From an uncultured delta proteobacterium (GTDB lineage: Bacteria; Desulfobacterota; Zymogenia; Zymogenales; Zymogenaceae): a stretch of 64,000 nucleotides of DNA. Positions 46,640-62,484 of the stretch are shown here, piece after piece; the first letter of the stretch is position 1; every line of letters begins with the position of its first letter. Under the pieces are notes generated by a model, which was not told where the DNA came from, did not search any database, and was given only the letters and a program-made list of their open reading frames with translations. Location of the stretch: positions 273,283-337,282 of the forward strand of contig CAWBYW010000009.1 of assembly GCA_963792965.1 (NCBI GenBank). Direction: 5' to 3'. The position numbers were made by a program, and so were the translations under genes.

Positions 46640-47014
46640 TTAGGCCTTCGGCCTCTTGGCGCCGTATTTCGACCGCGATTGCTTCCGGTTGGCGACGCCG
46701 AGGGTATCCAGCGTCCCCCGGATAATGTGATAGCGGACACCGGGGAGATCCTTTACCCTGCCGCCCCTGATGAGGACCACCGAGTGTTCCTGGAGGTTAT
46801 GCCCCACGCCGGGGATGTAGCTGGTGACCTCGATCTGGTTGGTCAGCCGTACACGGGCCACCTTCCTGAGTGCCGAGTTCGGTTTCTTCGGGGTGGTCGT
46901 ATATACCCTGACGCAGACCCCCCTCTTTTGGGGCGAGCCCTGCAGGGCCGGGGCCTTCGTCTTGGACTTCAGCTTATCCCTTCCCTTCCTCACCAACTGG
47001 TTAATGCTGGGCAT
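46640..47014 (-). CDS. rpsL: 30S ribosomal protein S12
   Basis: [23 protein letters not shown]; start MPSINQL after SD AAGGAG. Confidence 0.99.
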   Translation of the reverse strand: MPSINQLVRKGRDKLKSKTKAPALQGSPQKRGVCVRVYTTTPKKPNSALRKVARVRLTNQIEVTSYIPGVGHNLQEHSVVLIRGGRVKDLPGVRYHIIRGTLDTLGVANRKQSRSKYGAKRPKA

Positions 47015-47042
47015 CGATACTCCTTTAGAGAAAAACCATGTC

Positions 47043-47070
47043 ATATTATCAGAATGGTTTGTTTTGTCAA
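47043..47070 (-). promoter_or_regulatory. Putative str-operon promoter
   Basis: TTGACA-16-TAATAT with TG extension. Confidence 0.6.
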
Positions 47071-47181
47071 GCTTTTTATTCGGACGAGATGAAAATAGGC
47101 GCCGTCATTTTCCCTCGCGTGCTCGCGCACGGCGCCTCTTTCGTGCCTGTCCGTCGTCGGCCCCGTGTATCGGCCCGTCGT

Positions 47182-50100
47182 TTAGTCAGCGACCGCCTCC
47201 TCGCTCGTTTCCTCCACCTTCAGCTCGTGGTACTTCTGGAATCCCGTGCCCGCAGGAATGAGCCTCCCCATGAGAACGTTCTCCTTGAGCCCCTGCAGAT
47301 AATCCACCTTGCCCAGTATCGAGGCTTCGGTGAGGACCTTCGTCGTCTCCTGGAAGGAGGCCGCCGACAGGAAGCTGTCGGTGGAAAGCGATGCCTTGGT
47401 GATACCCAACAACAGCGGCTCGCCCACGGCGGGGTTGCCGCCCTTCGCGATGACCGCCTGGTTTTCTTCCTCGAACTCGTGCTTTTCCACCTGCTCACCC
47501 ACGAGGAACCTCGTGTCTCCTACATCGGTGATCCGGACGCGCCTCAGCATCTGCCTGACGATGACCTCGATGTGCTTGTCGTTGATCTTTACGCCCTGCA
47601 GGCGATAAACTTCCTGTACCTCGTCGACCAGATACTTCGCAAGCTCTTTCTCACCCAGGACCTGCAGAATGTCGTGGGGGTTGGCCGATCCTTCCATCAG
47701 CGCCTCACCCGCCCGCACATAATCACCCTCGTGCGCGTTGATATGTTTTCCCTTGGGGATGAGGTATTCTTTCGGATCGCCGACCTCGGGCGTGATGATA
47801 ACCTTGCGCTTTCCTTTCACGTCTTTGCCGAAGCTGACCATACCGTCGATCTCGGAAATAACGGCGAACTCCTTAGGCCGCCTGGCCTCAAAGAGCTCGG
47901 CCACGCGCGGAAGACCCCCGGTGATGTCTTTGGTCTTGGTCGTCTCCCGCGGGATCTTGGCCAAGACGTCGCCCGCCTCGACCTTCGCCCCTTCGGGGGC
48001 CATGATGTTGGCCCCGACCGGCATGAAGTAACGCGCCATGGCGGTAGAGCCGGGCAGTTTCAGTGTTCTTCCCTGCTCATCCTTGATGGAAACGCGGGGG
48101 CGAGCATCCGGATCCTTGGATTCCACGATGACCTTCCTCGAAAGGCTGGTCACGGGGTCAAGCTGTTCCTGCATCGTGATCCCTTCGATCACGTCTCCGA
48201 ACTTGATGATGCCGGTGACCTCGGTGAGGATCGGGATCGTGTAGGGGTCCCACTCGGCAATAAGCTTTCCGGCCTTGACCGACTCCCCGTCGGCCGCAAG
48301 GAGCTTGGAACCGTAGATGAGGGGGTAGCGCTCGCGCTCCCGTCCGCTTTCGTCCTGGACGATGATTTCCCCGTTTCGGTTCATGACGACATAGGAGCCC
48401 TCTTTATTCTTCACGACGTTGAGGTTGTAGTACCTCGCGATCCCGTCATTTCTGGTGATGAGCGTTGTCTGCTCGGCCCGTCGGGAAGCCGTGCCGCCGA
48501 TATGGAAAGTCCTCATTGTCAGCTGGGTGCCGGGCTCGCCGATGGACTGGGCGGCGATCACGCCGACCGCCTCGCCGATATTTACCTTCTTGCCGCGGGC
48601 AAGGTCCCTGCCGTAGCATTTGGCGCAGATCCCGCGCTTCGTGCGGCACGTAAGGACCGAACGGGTCTTGATCTTTTCCAGGCCCGCTTCTTCGATCTTC
48701 TCCACGAGGGATTCGTCGATCTCCTCATTGGCGTGGACAAGAATCTCCTCGGTATAAGGGTCCCGGATGTCGTCAAGGGCGACCTTGCCGAGGATCCGGT
48801 CTCCTACCGGCTCGATGATCTCGCCGCCCTCGACCAACGGGGTCACGTAGATGCCGTCCATCGTTCCGCAATCTTCCTCGGAGATGATGACGTCCTGAAC
48901 CACGTCCACCAGCCTACGGGTGAGGTATCCGGAGTTCGCGGTCTTCAGGGCCGTGTCGGCCAGACCCTTCCGGGCGCCGTGGGTCGAGATAAAGTACTGC
49001 AAGACCGTCAGCCCTTCTCGGAAGTTGGCGGTAATCGGCGTCTCGATAATTTCGCCGGAGGGCTTTGCCATCAACCCACGCATGCCGGCCAGCTGCCGTA
49101 TCTGCTGCTGGGATCCGCGCGACCCGGAATCGACCATCATGTGGATGGAATTGAAGCTCGGGACCCTCCTGGTCTTGCCGTCGGCGTCGGTGATGTTGTC
49201 GTAGGAGAGCTCATCAGCCATCTCGCGAGCGATCTGTTCGGTGACCTCGGCCCAGATGTCGATGACCTTATTGTAGCGCTCGCCGTCCGTGATGAGGCCC
49301 TCGGTATACTGCTTTTCGACCTTCTGTACCTCGCTGCCTGCCTCTTCCAACAGGTCGTGCTTATTGGTCGGGATCCGCATATCTTTAATGGAGATGGAAA
49401 TCCCCGCCATGGTGGCATACTTGTAGCCGAGGTCCTTAAGCCTGTCGGCCAGGATAACGGTGCTCTTGTTGCCGGCGTTGCGGTAGGACAGGTCGATGAG
49501 GCGGACAACTTCTTTCTTTGTCATGACGGCGTTGACAGCCTCAAACGGTATCTCCTTGGGGACGACCTCGTACAGGATGCAGCGCCCCGTCGTGGTATCG
49601 ACGAGCTTGCCGTCCATCCGTACTCTGATCTTTGCCTGAAGGTCGACCTCCCCCGCGTCATAAGCAACCCTGACCTCGTCGAAATCCGCGAATATTCTTT
49701 TTTCTCCCTGGGCACCCTCGCGGCTCCTGGTCATGTAGTAGAGCCCGAGGACGATGTCCTGGCTCGGGACGATGATCGGCTTGCCGTTGGCGGGCAGCAG
49801 GATGTTATTGGTGCTCATCATGAGGACCCTTGCCTCCACCTGGGCCTCGACCGAAAGGGGCACATGGACCGCCATCTGATCGCCGTCGAAATCGGCGTTA
49901 AACGCGGTGCAGACCAGCGGGTGCAGCTGTATCGCCTTGCCCTCGATAAGAATCGGCTCGAAGGCCTGGATGCCCAGCCGGTGCAGTGTCGGCGCGCGGT
50001 TCAGGAGCACCGGATGCTCCTTGATGACCTCATCGAGGATGTCCCAGACCTCCGTCCGCTCCTTTTCGACCGCCTTCTTGGCGCTCTTGATCGTCGAGAC

Positions 50101-51270
50101 GAATCCCTTCGTCTCGAGCTTCGCATAGATGAACGGCTTGAAGAGCTCCACGGCCATCTTCTTGGGCAGGCCGCACTGATGGAGCCTGAGCTCCGGGCCG
50201 ATGACGATGACCGACCTTCCCGAATAGTCGACACGCTTCCCGAGGAGGTTCTGACGAAAACGGCCCTGCTTCCCTTTGAGCATGTCGGACAGCGACTTGA
50301 GGGGTCGCTTGTTCTGGCCGGTGATGGCGCGTCCGCGCCGCCCGTTGTCGAACAGCGCGTCGACCGACTCCTGGAGCATCCGCTTTTCGTTCTGAATGAT
50401 GATGCCCGGTGCGTTGAGGTCCTGGAGGCGCTTGAGCCGGTTGTTCCGGTTGATGACCCTCCGGTAGAGGTCGTTGAGGTCGGAGGTGGCAAACCTTCCG
50501 CCGTCCAGCGGCACCAGCGGCCTCAGGTCCGGCGGGATAACGGGGATGCACTCCATGACCATCCACTCGGGCCGGTTGCCGGAAATGAGGAAGGCCTCGA
50601 TGACCTTGAGCCGTTTGGCGATCTTCTTCCTCTTGGCCTCGGAGTTGGTCTCCTTCATCTCCCGCCTGAGGTCCTCGGCAAGCTTGGTGATGTCCAGCGC
50701 CTTGAGAAGATCCCTGATGGCCTCGGCGCCGATTCCGACCTCGATATCGCCGCCGTACTTCTCTTTGACCCGCATCAGCTGCTCGTCGGAAAGGAGGTCG
50801 CCTTTCTTGTACGGAGTCCCCTTCGGGTCCTTGACGACGTAGGTCTCAAAATAGAGGATACGCTCCAGGTCCTTAAGGCTGATGTCGAGGACCGTCCCCA
50901 TGCGTGAGGGAAGGCTCTTCAAAAACCAGATATGGGTAACGGGCGTGGCCAGCTCGATGTGTCCGAGGCGCTCCCTTCTTACCTTGGACTGAATGACCTC
51001 GACTCCGCACTTCTCACAGACGACCCCGCGGTGCTTCATACGCTTGTATTTCCCGCAGTTGCATTCATAGTCTTTCGTGGGGCCGAAGATCTTGGCGCAG
51101 AACAGGCCGTCGCGCTCCGGCTTAAAAGTCCGGTAGTTGATCGTCTCCGGCTTTTTTACCTCGCCGTGGGACCACGATCGGATTTTCTCCGGCGACGCGA
51201 TGGATATTTTGACCGCCTCGATCTCGATGGGATCGCGCGGTTTTTCAAAATAATTGTAAATGTCGTCCAA
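47182..51270 (-). CDS. rpoC: RNA polymerase beta' subunit (TTG start)
   Basis: NADFDGD catalytic motif, Zn-finger cysteines, QLTMRTFH. Confidence 0.99.
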   Translation of the reverse strand: MDDIYNYFEKPRDPIEIEAVKISIASPEKIRSWSHGEVKKPETINYRTFKPERDGLFCAKIFGPTKDYECNCGKYKRMKHRGVVCEKCGVEVIQSKVRRERLGHIELATPVTHIWFLKSLPSRMGTVLDISLKDLERILYFETYVVKDPKGTPYKKGDLLSDEQLMRVKEKYGGDIEVGIGAEAIRDLLKALDITKLAEDLRREMKETNSEAKRKKIAKRLKVIEAFLISGNRPEWMVMECIPVIPPDLRPLVPLDGGRFATSDLNDLYRRVINRNNRLKRLQDLNAPGIIIQNEKRMLQESVDALFDNGRRGRAITGQNKRPLKSLSDMLKGKQGRFRQNLLGKRVDYSGRSVIVIGPELRLHQCGLPKKMAVELFKPFIYAKLETKGFVSTIKSAKKAVEKERTEVWDILDEVIKEHPVLLNRAPTLHRLGIQAFEPILIEGKAIQLHPLVCTAFNADFDGDQMAVHVPLSVEAQVEARVLMMSTNNILLPANGKPIIVPSQDIVLGLYYMTRSREGAQGEKRIFADFDEVRVAYDAGEVDLQAKIRVRMDGKLVDTTTGRCILYEVVPKEIPFEAVNAVMTKKEVVRLIDLSYRNAGNKSTVILADRLKDLGYKYATMAGISISIKDMRIPTNKHDLLEEAGSEVQKVEKQYTEGLITDGERYNKVIDIWAEVTEQIAREMADELSYDNITDADGKTRRVPSFNSIHMMVDSGSRGSQQQIRQLAGMRGLMAKPSGEIIETPITANFREGLTVLQYFISTHGARKGLADTALKTANSGYLTRRLVDVVQDVIISEEDCGTMDGIYVTPLVEGGEIIEPVGDRILGKVALDDIRDPYTEEILVHANEEIDESLVEKIEEAGLEKIKTRSVLTCRTKRGICAKCYGRDLARGKKVNIGEAVGVIAAQSIGEPGTQLTMRTFHIGGTASRRAEQTTLITRNDGIARYYNLNVVKNKEGSYVVMNRNGEIIVQDESGRERERYPLIYGSKLLAADGESVKAGKLIAEWDPYTIPILTEVTGIIKFGDVIEGITMQEQLDPVTSLSRKVIVESKDPDARPRVSIKDEQGRTLKLPGSTAMARYFMPVGANIMAPEGAKVEAGDVLAKIPRETTKTKDITGGLPRVAELFEARRPKEFAVISEIDGMVSFGKDVKGKRKVIITPEVGDPKEYLIPKGKHINAHEGDYVRAGEALMEGSANPHDILQVLGEKELAKYLVDEVQEVYRLQGVKINDKHIEVIVRQMLRRVRITDVGDTRFLVGEQVEKHEFEEENQAVIAKGGNPAVGEPLLLGITKASLSTDSFLSAASFQETTKVLTEASILGKVDYLQGLKENVLMGRLIPAGTGFQKYHELKVEETSEEAVAD

Positions 51271-51292
51271 TACTACACCTCTTGGTTAGAGA

Positions 51293-55411
<4,119 letters not shown>

Positions 55412-55847
55412 AAAAAACACCTCGCTTTAGTTTTAAATTGTCGCCGACCGGCGGACACGTGCGGCCGCCCCCGCCTTTCGGACGTTGTTATCAGCAAAAG
55501 AGCAGCTACTATTCCGGGCCAGACTCAGGGTCCCGATGTGACTCCCGCTGTGGAGCGCGTCGCCTGGGGCCGGATGCCCGGACACACCCCCCACAGAGGG
55601 CGCAACGAATCTGCCCCCGTTCTCACGGTATGCATTAAGGCCAGCCGACAATAAACTCCCTCCAGGTAATACCCGAGAGATTATTTCGCAAGAACGTGAA
55701 TGATTTCCAGATGTTCTCATAATTGGCGGCACCGCGTGAGCGACAGAGCATGACGGTTCATACGTCCGCATGCGATATGGGAAAAGGAAAAAGAAATAGT
55801 GTGAAGATTGATTTCGTATTCGAGTCTATTCGATGAATGCAACGCGA

Positions 55848-55872
55848 AGGGGTGGGGGATGTCCCCACCCCT
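55848..55872 (-). terminator. Hairpin just after rplL (attenuator-like)
   Basis: AGGGGTGGGG-acatc-CCCCACCCCT then TCGCGTT; weak U-tract. Confidence 0.5.
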
Positions 55873-55883
55873 CAAGAGATTGC

Positions 55884-56336
55884 TTATTTAACTTCTACTT
55901 TTGCGCCGACTTCTTCGAGTTTCTTCTTGATCTCTTCGGCCGTCTCCTTGGAAACGGCCTCTTTCACCGGTTTCGGGGCGGATTCGACAAGGTCCTTGGC
56001 CTCTTTGAGGCCCAGCGTGGTGAATTCCCGCACCACCTTGATGACCTTGATCTTCTCGGGTCCCGATTCCTTGAGGATCACGTCGAATTCCGTCTTCTCC
56101 TCAACCGGCGCCGCCTCGGCGGCCGCACCGCCACCACCCGCCGCCATCATGGCGACCGGCGCCGCGGCGGACACACCGAACTTCTCCTCGAGCTCCTTGA
56201 CGAGCTCCGCCAGCTCCAGAACGGTCATGTTTTCAATAAAGGCGATTACATCCTGCTTGGAAATTTTCCCCGCCGAGCCTTCCTTGGTCGCTTTCTTCTT
56301 CTCGGCGCCTTCCTTCAAAGTGGTCTCTTCAGACAT
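55884..56336 (-). CDS. rplL: 50S ribosomal protein L7/L12 with N-terminal extension
   Basis: [36 protein letters not shown]; strong SD AGGAGG before 56336. Confidence 0.97.
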   Translation of the reverse strand: MSEETTLKEGAEKKKATKEGSAGKISKQDVIAFIENMTVLELAELVKELEEKFGVSAAAPVAMMAAGGGGAAAEAAPVEEKTEFDVILKESGPEKIKVIKVVREFTTLGLKEAKDLVESAPKPVKEAVSKETAEEIKKKLEEVGAKVEVK

Positions 56337-56349
56337 CAGTGTTCCTCCT

Positions 56350-56881
56350 CTACGCTAATTTTCCCGCCTCTTTGGCCTCTTTAACGGCCGAGAGGGCATA
56401 CACGAACTTCCTCATTACCCCGGAAAGCACCCCAACAAATCCGCCCGGCACGGCGTTCATTGTCCCGAGGAGCTTGGCCACGAGGACCTCGCGGGCCGGA
56501 AGCTTGGCGATAGACCTGACGTCCGCATCGCCGATCCTCCTCCCCGTTCAGCACTCCCATCTTGAAAGACAGGACGTTGAACTTTGCCATGTACTCCACG
56601 AGTACCTTGGAGGCCTCGACGGGGTCGGTCCTTGAAATGACCACGCCCGTGGGTCCCACAACCTCGCCGACGACGGGTGCAAAGTCGGTTCCCTCGGCGG
56701 CCCGCTTCAAGAGATTGTTCTTGACAACCCTGAACTGGATACCGATTTTCCGGAAGCCGCCTCGAAGCTCATTGATCTGCTCGGCCGTCAACCCCCGATA
56801 GTCCGTCATGAACAACACCTCGGAGCCGGAGAGCTGCTTTCGCATTGCAGATACAATGACTTCCTTTTCTTGCTTCTTCAC
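56350..56881 (-). CDS. rplJ: 50S ribosomal protein L10 (extra G near 56545)
   Basis: DYRGLT, VVKN.L, GPT, then [13 protein letters not shown] in the shifted frame to TAG at 56350. Confidence 0.95.
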
Positions 56882-56964
56882 CGAAACCTCCCTTCTTCCC
56901 CACGTCAGAGAGCCGGACGCCCGTGTATGCCCCCGACTAACGTCGGAGGGCCCGATGCTTCACT

Positions 56965-57030
56965 CGCTGCCTCGTCTCGGCGGGCCCTTTCGGATTAAGC
57001 ACGTAAGGTGCGCCGGCTGTCTTCAACGGG
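56965..57030 (-). ncRNA. L10 ribosomal-protein leader (cis-regulatory)
   Basis: Minus strand GAAGACAG-CCGG...CTTAA...CCCG-CCGAGAC upstream of rplJ resembles the L10 leader kink-turn consensus. Confidence 0.7.
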
Positions 57031-57048
57031 GAGAGACTATATAGAGTT

Positions 57049-57753
57049 TTATTTCAAAAGGTTTCTTACATATATAGGGTCGATCTTTATTCCCGGTCCC
57101 ATGGTGGAAGAGATCGCCACGCCGCGGAGGTAGGTCCCCTTGCTGCTGGCGGGCTTGATCTTCATGACCATTTCCAGGAGCGCCATGACGTTGTCCTTGA
57201 GCTTCTGGGCGCCGAAGGAGACCTTCCCGACGGGAACATGAAGGATCCCGTTCTTATCTACCCTGAAATCGACTTTTCCGGCCTTCAGCTCGGAGATGGC
57301 CCGGGCCACGTCGAAGGTGACGGTACCGACCTTTGCGTTCGGCATGAGACCCCGCGGGCCGAGGAGCTTTCCGAGCTTGCTGACCAGGCCCATGATGTCG
57401 GGGGTCGCGATCGCCTTATCAAATTCCAGCCATCCGCCGTTGATCTTCTCGACGAGGTCTTCCGCGCCGACATAGTCCGCGCCCGCGTCCTGGGCCTCTT
57501 TTTCCTTCTCGCCCTTTGCAAAGACGAGGACCCTCACCGATTTGCCCGTCCCGTTGGGGAGGACCACGGCCCCGCGGACCATCTGGTCGGAGTGTTTCGG
57601 ATTTACCCCGAGCCTGAGCGCCATATCGACGCTCTCGTCGAATTTCGCGGCGGGGCTTTTCGAGATGACCTCGAGCGCCTCGTCGAGCTCATAGCGCTTG
57701 GCTGTATCGAGCTTTACTTTAATATTCCGGTACGTTTTTCCATGTTTCGGCAT
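57049..57753 (-). CDS. rplA: 50S ribosomal protein L1
   Basis: KFDES, DQMVRG...[25 protein letters not shown]. Confidence 0.98.
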   Translation of the reverse strand: MPKHGKTYRNIKVKLDTAKRYELDEALEVISKSPAAKFDESVDMALRLGVNPKHSDQMVRGAVVLPNGTGKSVRVLVFAKGEKEKEAQDAGADYVGAEDLVEKINGGWLEFDKAIATPDIMGLVSKLGKLLGPRGLMPNAKVGTVTFDVARAISELKAGKVDFRVDKNGILHVPVGKVSFGAQKLKDNVMALLEMVMKIKPASSKGTYLRGVAISSTMGPGIKIDPIYVRNLLK

Positions 57754-57772
57754 TGCTATTCTCCGGTTTCTC

Positions 57773-58198
57773 TCATTCGACGATATCGATTCCCATGCTT
57801 CGCGCGGTGCCCTCGATGATCCGTACCGCGCCCGCAAGGTCAATGGCATTGAGATCGGGGAGCTTGGTCTTTGCGATCTCCTCGATCTGATTCTTGCTGA
57901 TTGTCCCCACCTTGTCTTTACTCGGCGCGCCGCTTCCCTTTACGATCCCCGCCGCCTTCTTGATCAGTATCGCGGCCGGGGGGGTCTTGGTGATAAAAGA
58001 AAAGGAACGGTCCGCGTAAACCGTGATGACCACGGGGATTATCATGCCCTGTTGCGCCTGGGTCCTGGCGTTGAATATCTTGCAGAATTCCATGATATTG
58101 ACGCCGTGCTGGCCGAGCGCCGGACCCACGGGGGGCGACGGCGTGGCCTGACCTGCCGGTATTTGTAGTTTTATCTGTCCTGCGACCTTCTTTGCCAT
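57773..58198 (-). CDS. rplK: 50S ribosomal protein L11
   Basis: [29 protein letters not shown]. Confidence 0.99.
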   Translation of the reverse strand: MAKKVAGQIKLQIPAGQATPSPPVGPALGQHGVNIMEFCKIFNARTQAQQGMIIPVVITVYADRSFSFITKTPPAAILIKKAAGIVKGSGAPSKDKVGTISKNQIEEIAKTKLPDLNAIDLAGAVRIIEGTARSMGIDIVE

Positions 58199-58216
58199 AG
58201 TAACTCCTTGTCTGCT

Positions 58217-58748
58217 CTATCCCTTCTTGATCTGAAAAAACTCCAATTCCACCGGCGTCGGCCTTCCAAATATCGACACCATTACCTTTACCTTTCCCTT
58301 ATCCGGAAAGACCTCATCCACATAGCCGGTAAACGTCGCAAAGGGGCCGTCGGCAACGGTGACGGCATCTCCCTTTTCGAAGATCACCTTCGGCTTGGGT
58401 TTCGTGGAACCGTCCTCCATCTGGTGCAGGATATCGGCCACCTCCTGCTCGGTCAGCGCGGGCGGACGCGTGGACCCACCCACAAAGCCCGGTTACCTTC
58501 GGGGTATTACGGACGATATGCCACGTCTCCTCGTTCAGTTCCATCTTGACGAGGATGTATCCGGGGAAGAACTTGCGCATCGTCGTCCGCTTCTCCCCCT
58601 TGACCATCTCCACCACCTTCTCCGCGGGTACCATGACCTCGACGATCTCCTCGCTCTTGTTCATCGATTTCACGCGAGCCTCAAGGGCGAACTTGGCGGT
58701 CTGCTCATATCCCGAGTATGTGTGGACTATGTACCATTTAAGTGCCAT
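58217..58748 (-). CDS. nusG: Transcription factor NusG (extra G near 58490)
   Basis: WYIVHTYSGYE, FFPGYILV, then KOW DGPF..F.G.V and VSIFGRPTPVEL in the second frame. Confidence 0.96.
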
Positions 58749-59166
58749 GAATCGTCTGTATATGGAATAGTGATTTATTCATTCGGGCATCTTTTTACCG
58801 CCGCGCGCCGCGCCGGACTTTCCTATCCGTGGCCGCAACGCTCATGAGGTGGTTATCTTTTCCCGAACCGCCGTTAAAAACGGCAAAAGAACCTCTCGTC
58901 TTTTGTAAAAGAATCACAAAAGTTTCAGGTTCACCGCTTACTGTCCCTTTCGATCTAAAACTTTCGGCATCCGAGAAGGTGCCCGATTCTCTACTACAGA
59001 TCTCGTCGCCCTTTCGTCGATACACCGGGCCGTCGTCCGAGCCTCCCCGAGTCTCATATGGAGGCTATCCCTGGACAGCCCAAGGTATCGACCGCACTTC
59101 CTCCTATTGCGCACCCACGCCTCACGATTCCTTCACGGCCTCGGGCGTGCGGGCGCGCACTTCCCA

Positions 59167-59364
59167 TTACATCTTCAGGAGGTGCTCCACTCCGCTGCTC
59201 AACAGGTAATCCACGAAACCGAGGAAGAAGGCGATGATAAAGGTCGTGATCAAGACGACGGCCGTCGACGCGAGCGTCTCCTTCCGCGTCGGCCAGGTCA
59301 CCTTCTTGATCTCGACCTTCACCTCTCTCAGAAACTGGACGATCTTTTCCCAGATACCGTTCAT
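59167..59364 (-). CDS. secE: Preprotein translocase SecE
   Basis: FLREV..E.KKVTWP.RKE followed by a single TM. Confidence 0.97.
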   Translation of the reverse strand: MNGIWEKIVQFLREVKVEIKKVTWPTRKETLASTAVVLITTFIIAFFLGFVDYLLSSGVEHLLKM

Positions 59365-59425
59365 ATTATTCCGCTTGTTCAGGACGGCCGCACCTTCGGC
59401 CGGCCGCGCCCCTCTTGTGCGTAAG

Positions 59426-59502
59426 TGGCAGGCCAGGAGGGATTCGAACCCCCAACACCCGGATTTGGAGTCCGGCGCTCTAGCCGTTAGAGCTACTGGC
59501 CT
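59426..59502 (-). tRNA. tRNA-Trp(CCA)
   Basis: AGGCCAG acceptor, CCGGA-CTCCAAA-TCCGG anticodon arm, GTTCGAATC, CCA end. Confidence 0.97.
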
Positions 59503-59505
59503 GTG

Positions 59506-59655
59506 CTATTTCGTCTCCTTGTGCGGCGTATGAGTCCTGCAAAAAGGGCAGAATTTCTTGAACTCAATCCGATCAGGAGTCTTCTTCTTGTTTTTCGTCG
59601 TCGTATAGTTTCTCTGCTTGCACTCCGTGCAGGCCAGCGTAATAATGTCCCTCAT
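59506..59655 (-). CDS. rpmG: 50S ribosomal protein L33 (Zn type; not in ORF track)
   Basis: Translated by hand: [49 protein letters not shown]. Confidence 0.97.
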   Translation of the reverse strand: MRDIITLACTECKQRNYTTTKNKKKTPDRIEFKKFCPFCRTHTPHKETK

Positions 59656-59664
59656 GGCGTTTTC

Positions 59665-60864
<1,200 letters not shown>

Positions 60865-60915
60865 AGGACTATCCCTCCACGAAAAAGCCTTTATGAGATG
60901 ATAATGTAACGGTTA

Positions 60916-60991
60916 TGGAGCCCACGACCGGACTTGAACCGGGGACCTCTTCCTTACCAAGGAAGTGCTCCACCGACTGAGCTACGTGGGC
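60916..60991 (-). tRNA. tRNA-Thr(GGT)
   Basis: GCCCACG acceptor, CTTCC-TTGGTAA-GGAAG, CCA end. Confidence 0.96.
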
Positions 60992-61004
60992 GGTGCTCGC
61001 GTCT

Positions 61005-61081
61005 TGGAGCGGGAAACGGGATTCGAACCCGCGACCCTCAGCTTGGAAGGCTGATGCTCTAGCCGGCTGAGCTATTCCCGC
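61005..61081 (-). tRNA. tRNA-Gly(TCC)
   Basis: GCGGGAA acceptor, TCAGC-CTTCCAA-GCTGA, GTTCGAATC, CCA end. Confidence 0.97.
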
Positions 61082-61096
61082 GATGTAATAATCTTA

Positions 61097-61181
<85 letters not shown>

Positions 61182-61214
61182 CGATTTACCTTCAAAGAGC
61201 GACGTTGCACTCAA

Positions 61215-61290
61215 TGGAGCTGGCGATGGGACTCGAACCCGCAACCTGCTGATTACAAGTCAGCTGCTCTACCTGTTGAGCTACGCCAGC
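61215..61290 (-). tRNA. tRNA-Thr(TGT)
   Basis: GCTGGCG acceptor, GCTGA-CTTGTAA-TCAGC, GTTCGAGTC, CCA end. Confidence 0.97.
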
Positions 61291-61304
61291 AATCTAAAAT
61301 TATA

Positions 61305-61333
61305 AGATTAGAGAAAATCGCTTAAAATGTCAA
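61305..61333 (-). promoter_or_regulatory. Proximal promoter of the tRNA-tuf operon
   Basis: TTGACA-17-TAATCT with AT-rich upstream tract. Confidence 0.6.
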
Positions 61334-61478
61334 GCATTTTTTGAAATTATTTTGGAGAGTCGGAGAGACGTGACCTGTTTGACCTTCGTTCTGGCTGGAG
61401 ACCTGAGCTCTCCGGCGGGGGCTTACGCATTTCACGAGGACGTCTCCGTCGTCTATTCTTAACTCCCGACGTTCTATT

Positions 61479-61507
61479 ACTATATCACTAAATGCGACGA
61501 GAGTCAA
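61479..61507 (-). promoter_or_regulatory. Distal promoter of the tRNA-tuf operon
   Basis: TTGACT-17-TATAGT with TG extension. Confidence 0.6.
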
Positions 61508-61624
61508 GCACTACCCGGGGCTCTCTTTGCCCCTACCTGCCGCCGACGGGCGGGCGAGAGCCCTGGGTCTCCCTTCTCATCGGGTCATAGAATAATTACG
61601 GAAGCTGCGGCCCCACGGGTGCTG

Positions 61625-62062
61625 TCATAACACGAAACTGACGACGAAGTCCTGCGGGCCGAAGAACTCCCAATCGTTGGTGGCGCCGCCCCATAGCTCT
61701 ACCGTCACGTTGAGAGACAAGGGAAGGACGGCGCCCGGTTCGACGGCGCTGGGAGGAAGGTCAAAGAAGGCGACTTCAGACGTGCCCTGCTCTATGAAGA
61801 TCGTCTGCGTCCGGCTGAGAGAATCAAGGCTCGGGACTTTGAGTAGAACCGTGACATTCCCGTCCATGCCCTTCGGGTAGGCGTCGGTTATGTCCTGGGA
61901 TATATTGGCGACTTCGACGCAGACTCGGCCGTGCTCATCGCCGTAGACTTTTGAGACCGTGAAATCCCATCCATCACCCGTGGGCATATCCGCGACGGCT
62001 CCCACGGAGGTAAAGAGAAGTAAGAGCGCCGAAATGAGGAGATAGCGTATCTGATTTCTCAT
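61625..62062 (-). CDS. Secreted hypothetical protein (beta-rich, possibly Ig/CARDB-like)
   Basis: Signal peptide MRNQIRYLLISALLLLFTSVGAVA; 145 aa with strand-like segments; upstream consensus promoter. Confidence 0.7.
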   Translation of the reverse strand: MRNQIRYLLISALLLLFTSVGAVADMPTGDGWDFTVSKVYGDEHGRVCVEVANISQDITDAYPKGMDGNVTVLLKVPSLDSLSRTQTIFIEQGTSEVAFFDLPPSAVEPGAVLPLSLNVTVELWGGATNDWEFFGPQDFVVSFVL

Positions 62063-62233
62063 GGCACCACCAATAAGATGTTATGGTCGGATCAAGGGTC
62101 CCTTTGTTAGAGCCGTTTGGGCGTGATTCCCTCGGCGGACACGGGGCTTAAACGGCGGCAACAATAGGGAGACGGCCTTTTCCCGATCTTCCTCCGGGCC
62201 GAGGAATCATGGACCCATACTACCTAATTAGCA

Positions 62234-62262
62234 ATTATATGGTCATCCGAGGGATCTGTCAA
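62234..62262 (-). promoter_or_regulatory. Perfect-consensus sigma70 promoter
   Basis: TTGACA (62262-62257), 17 bp, TATAAT (62239-62234). Confidence 0.8.
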
Positions 62263-62484
62263 GGAGCCGTCAGACCTTTAAAGAAAGGCGGTCCGGTACC
62301 GGAGGCTCGTTGCCCCATTTAGGGGATTTCTTAGCAAATTCGGATGAGAGTTTTCAGTAGGAATCACCGATCTCAAAGGGCGAGAAGATAATCCAATATT
62401 ACGGTTGCCCATTGCTATTGGCCATCGGATTATATATAATATATTCCCTTTAAACATCATCGAACCGGCAAGAGAGGAGCATCC

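Noticed and set aside
58901-58921. TGTGA-N5-TTACA as a CRP or Rex box
   Set aside because: Spacer is one base short of the N6 consensus; fits an RNA hairpin instead
58795-59025. 76-aa ORF in the secE-nusG spacer (and 112-aa ORF 55433..55771 before rpoB)
   Set aside because: No suitably spaced SD, atypical composition; the regions are better explained as structured RNA
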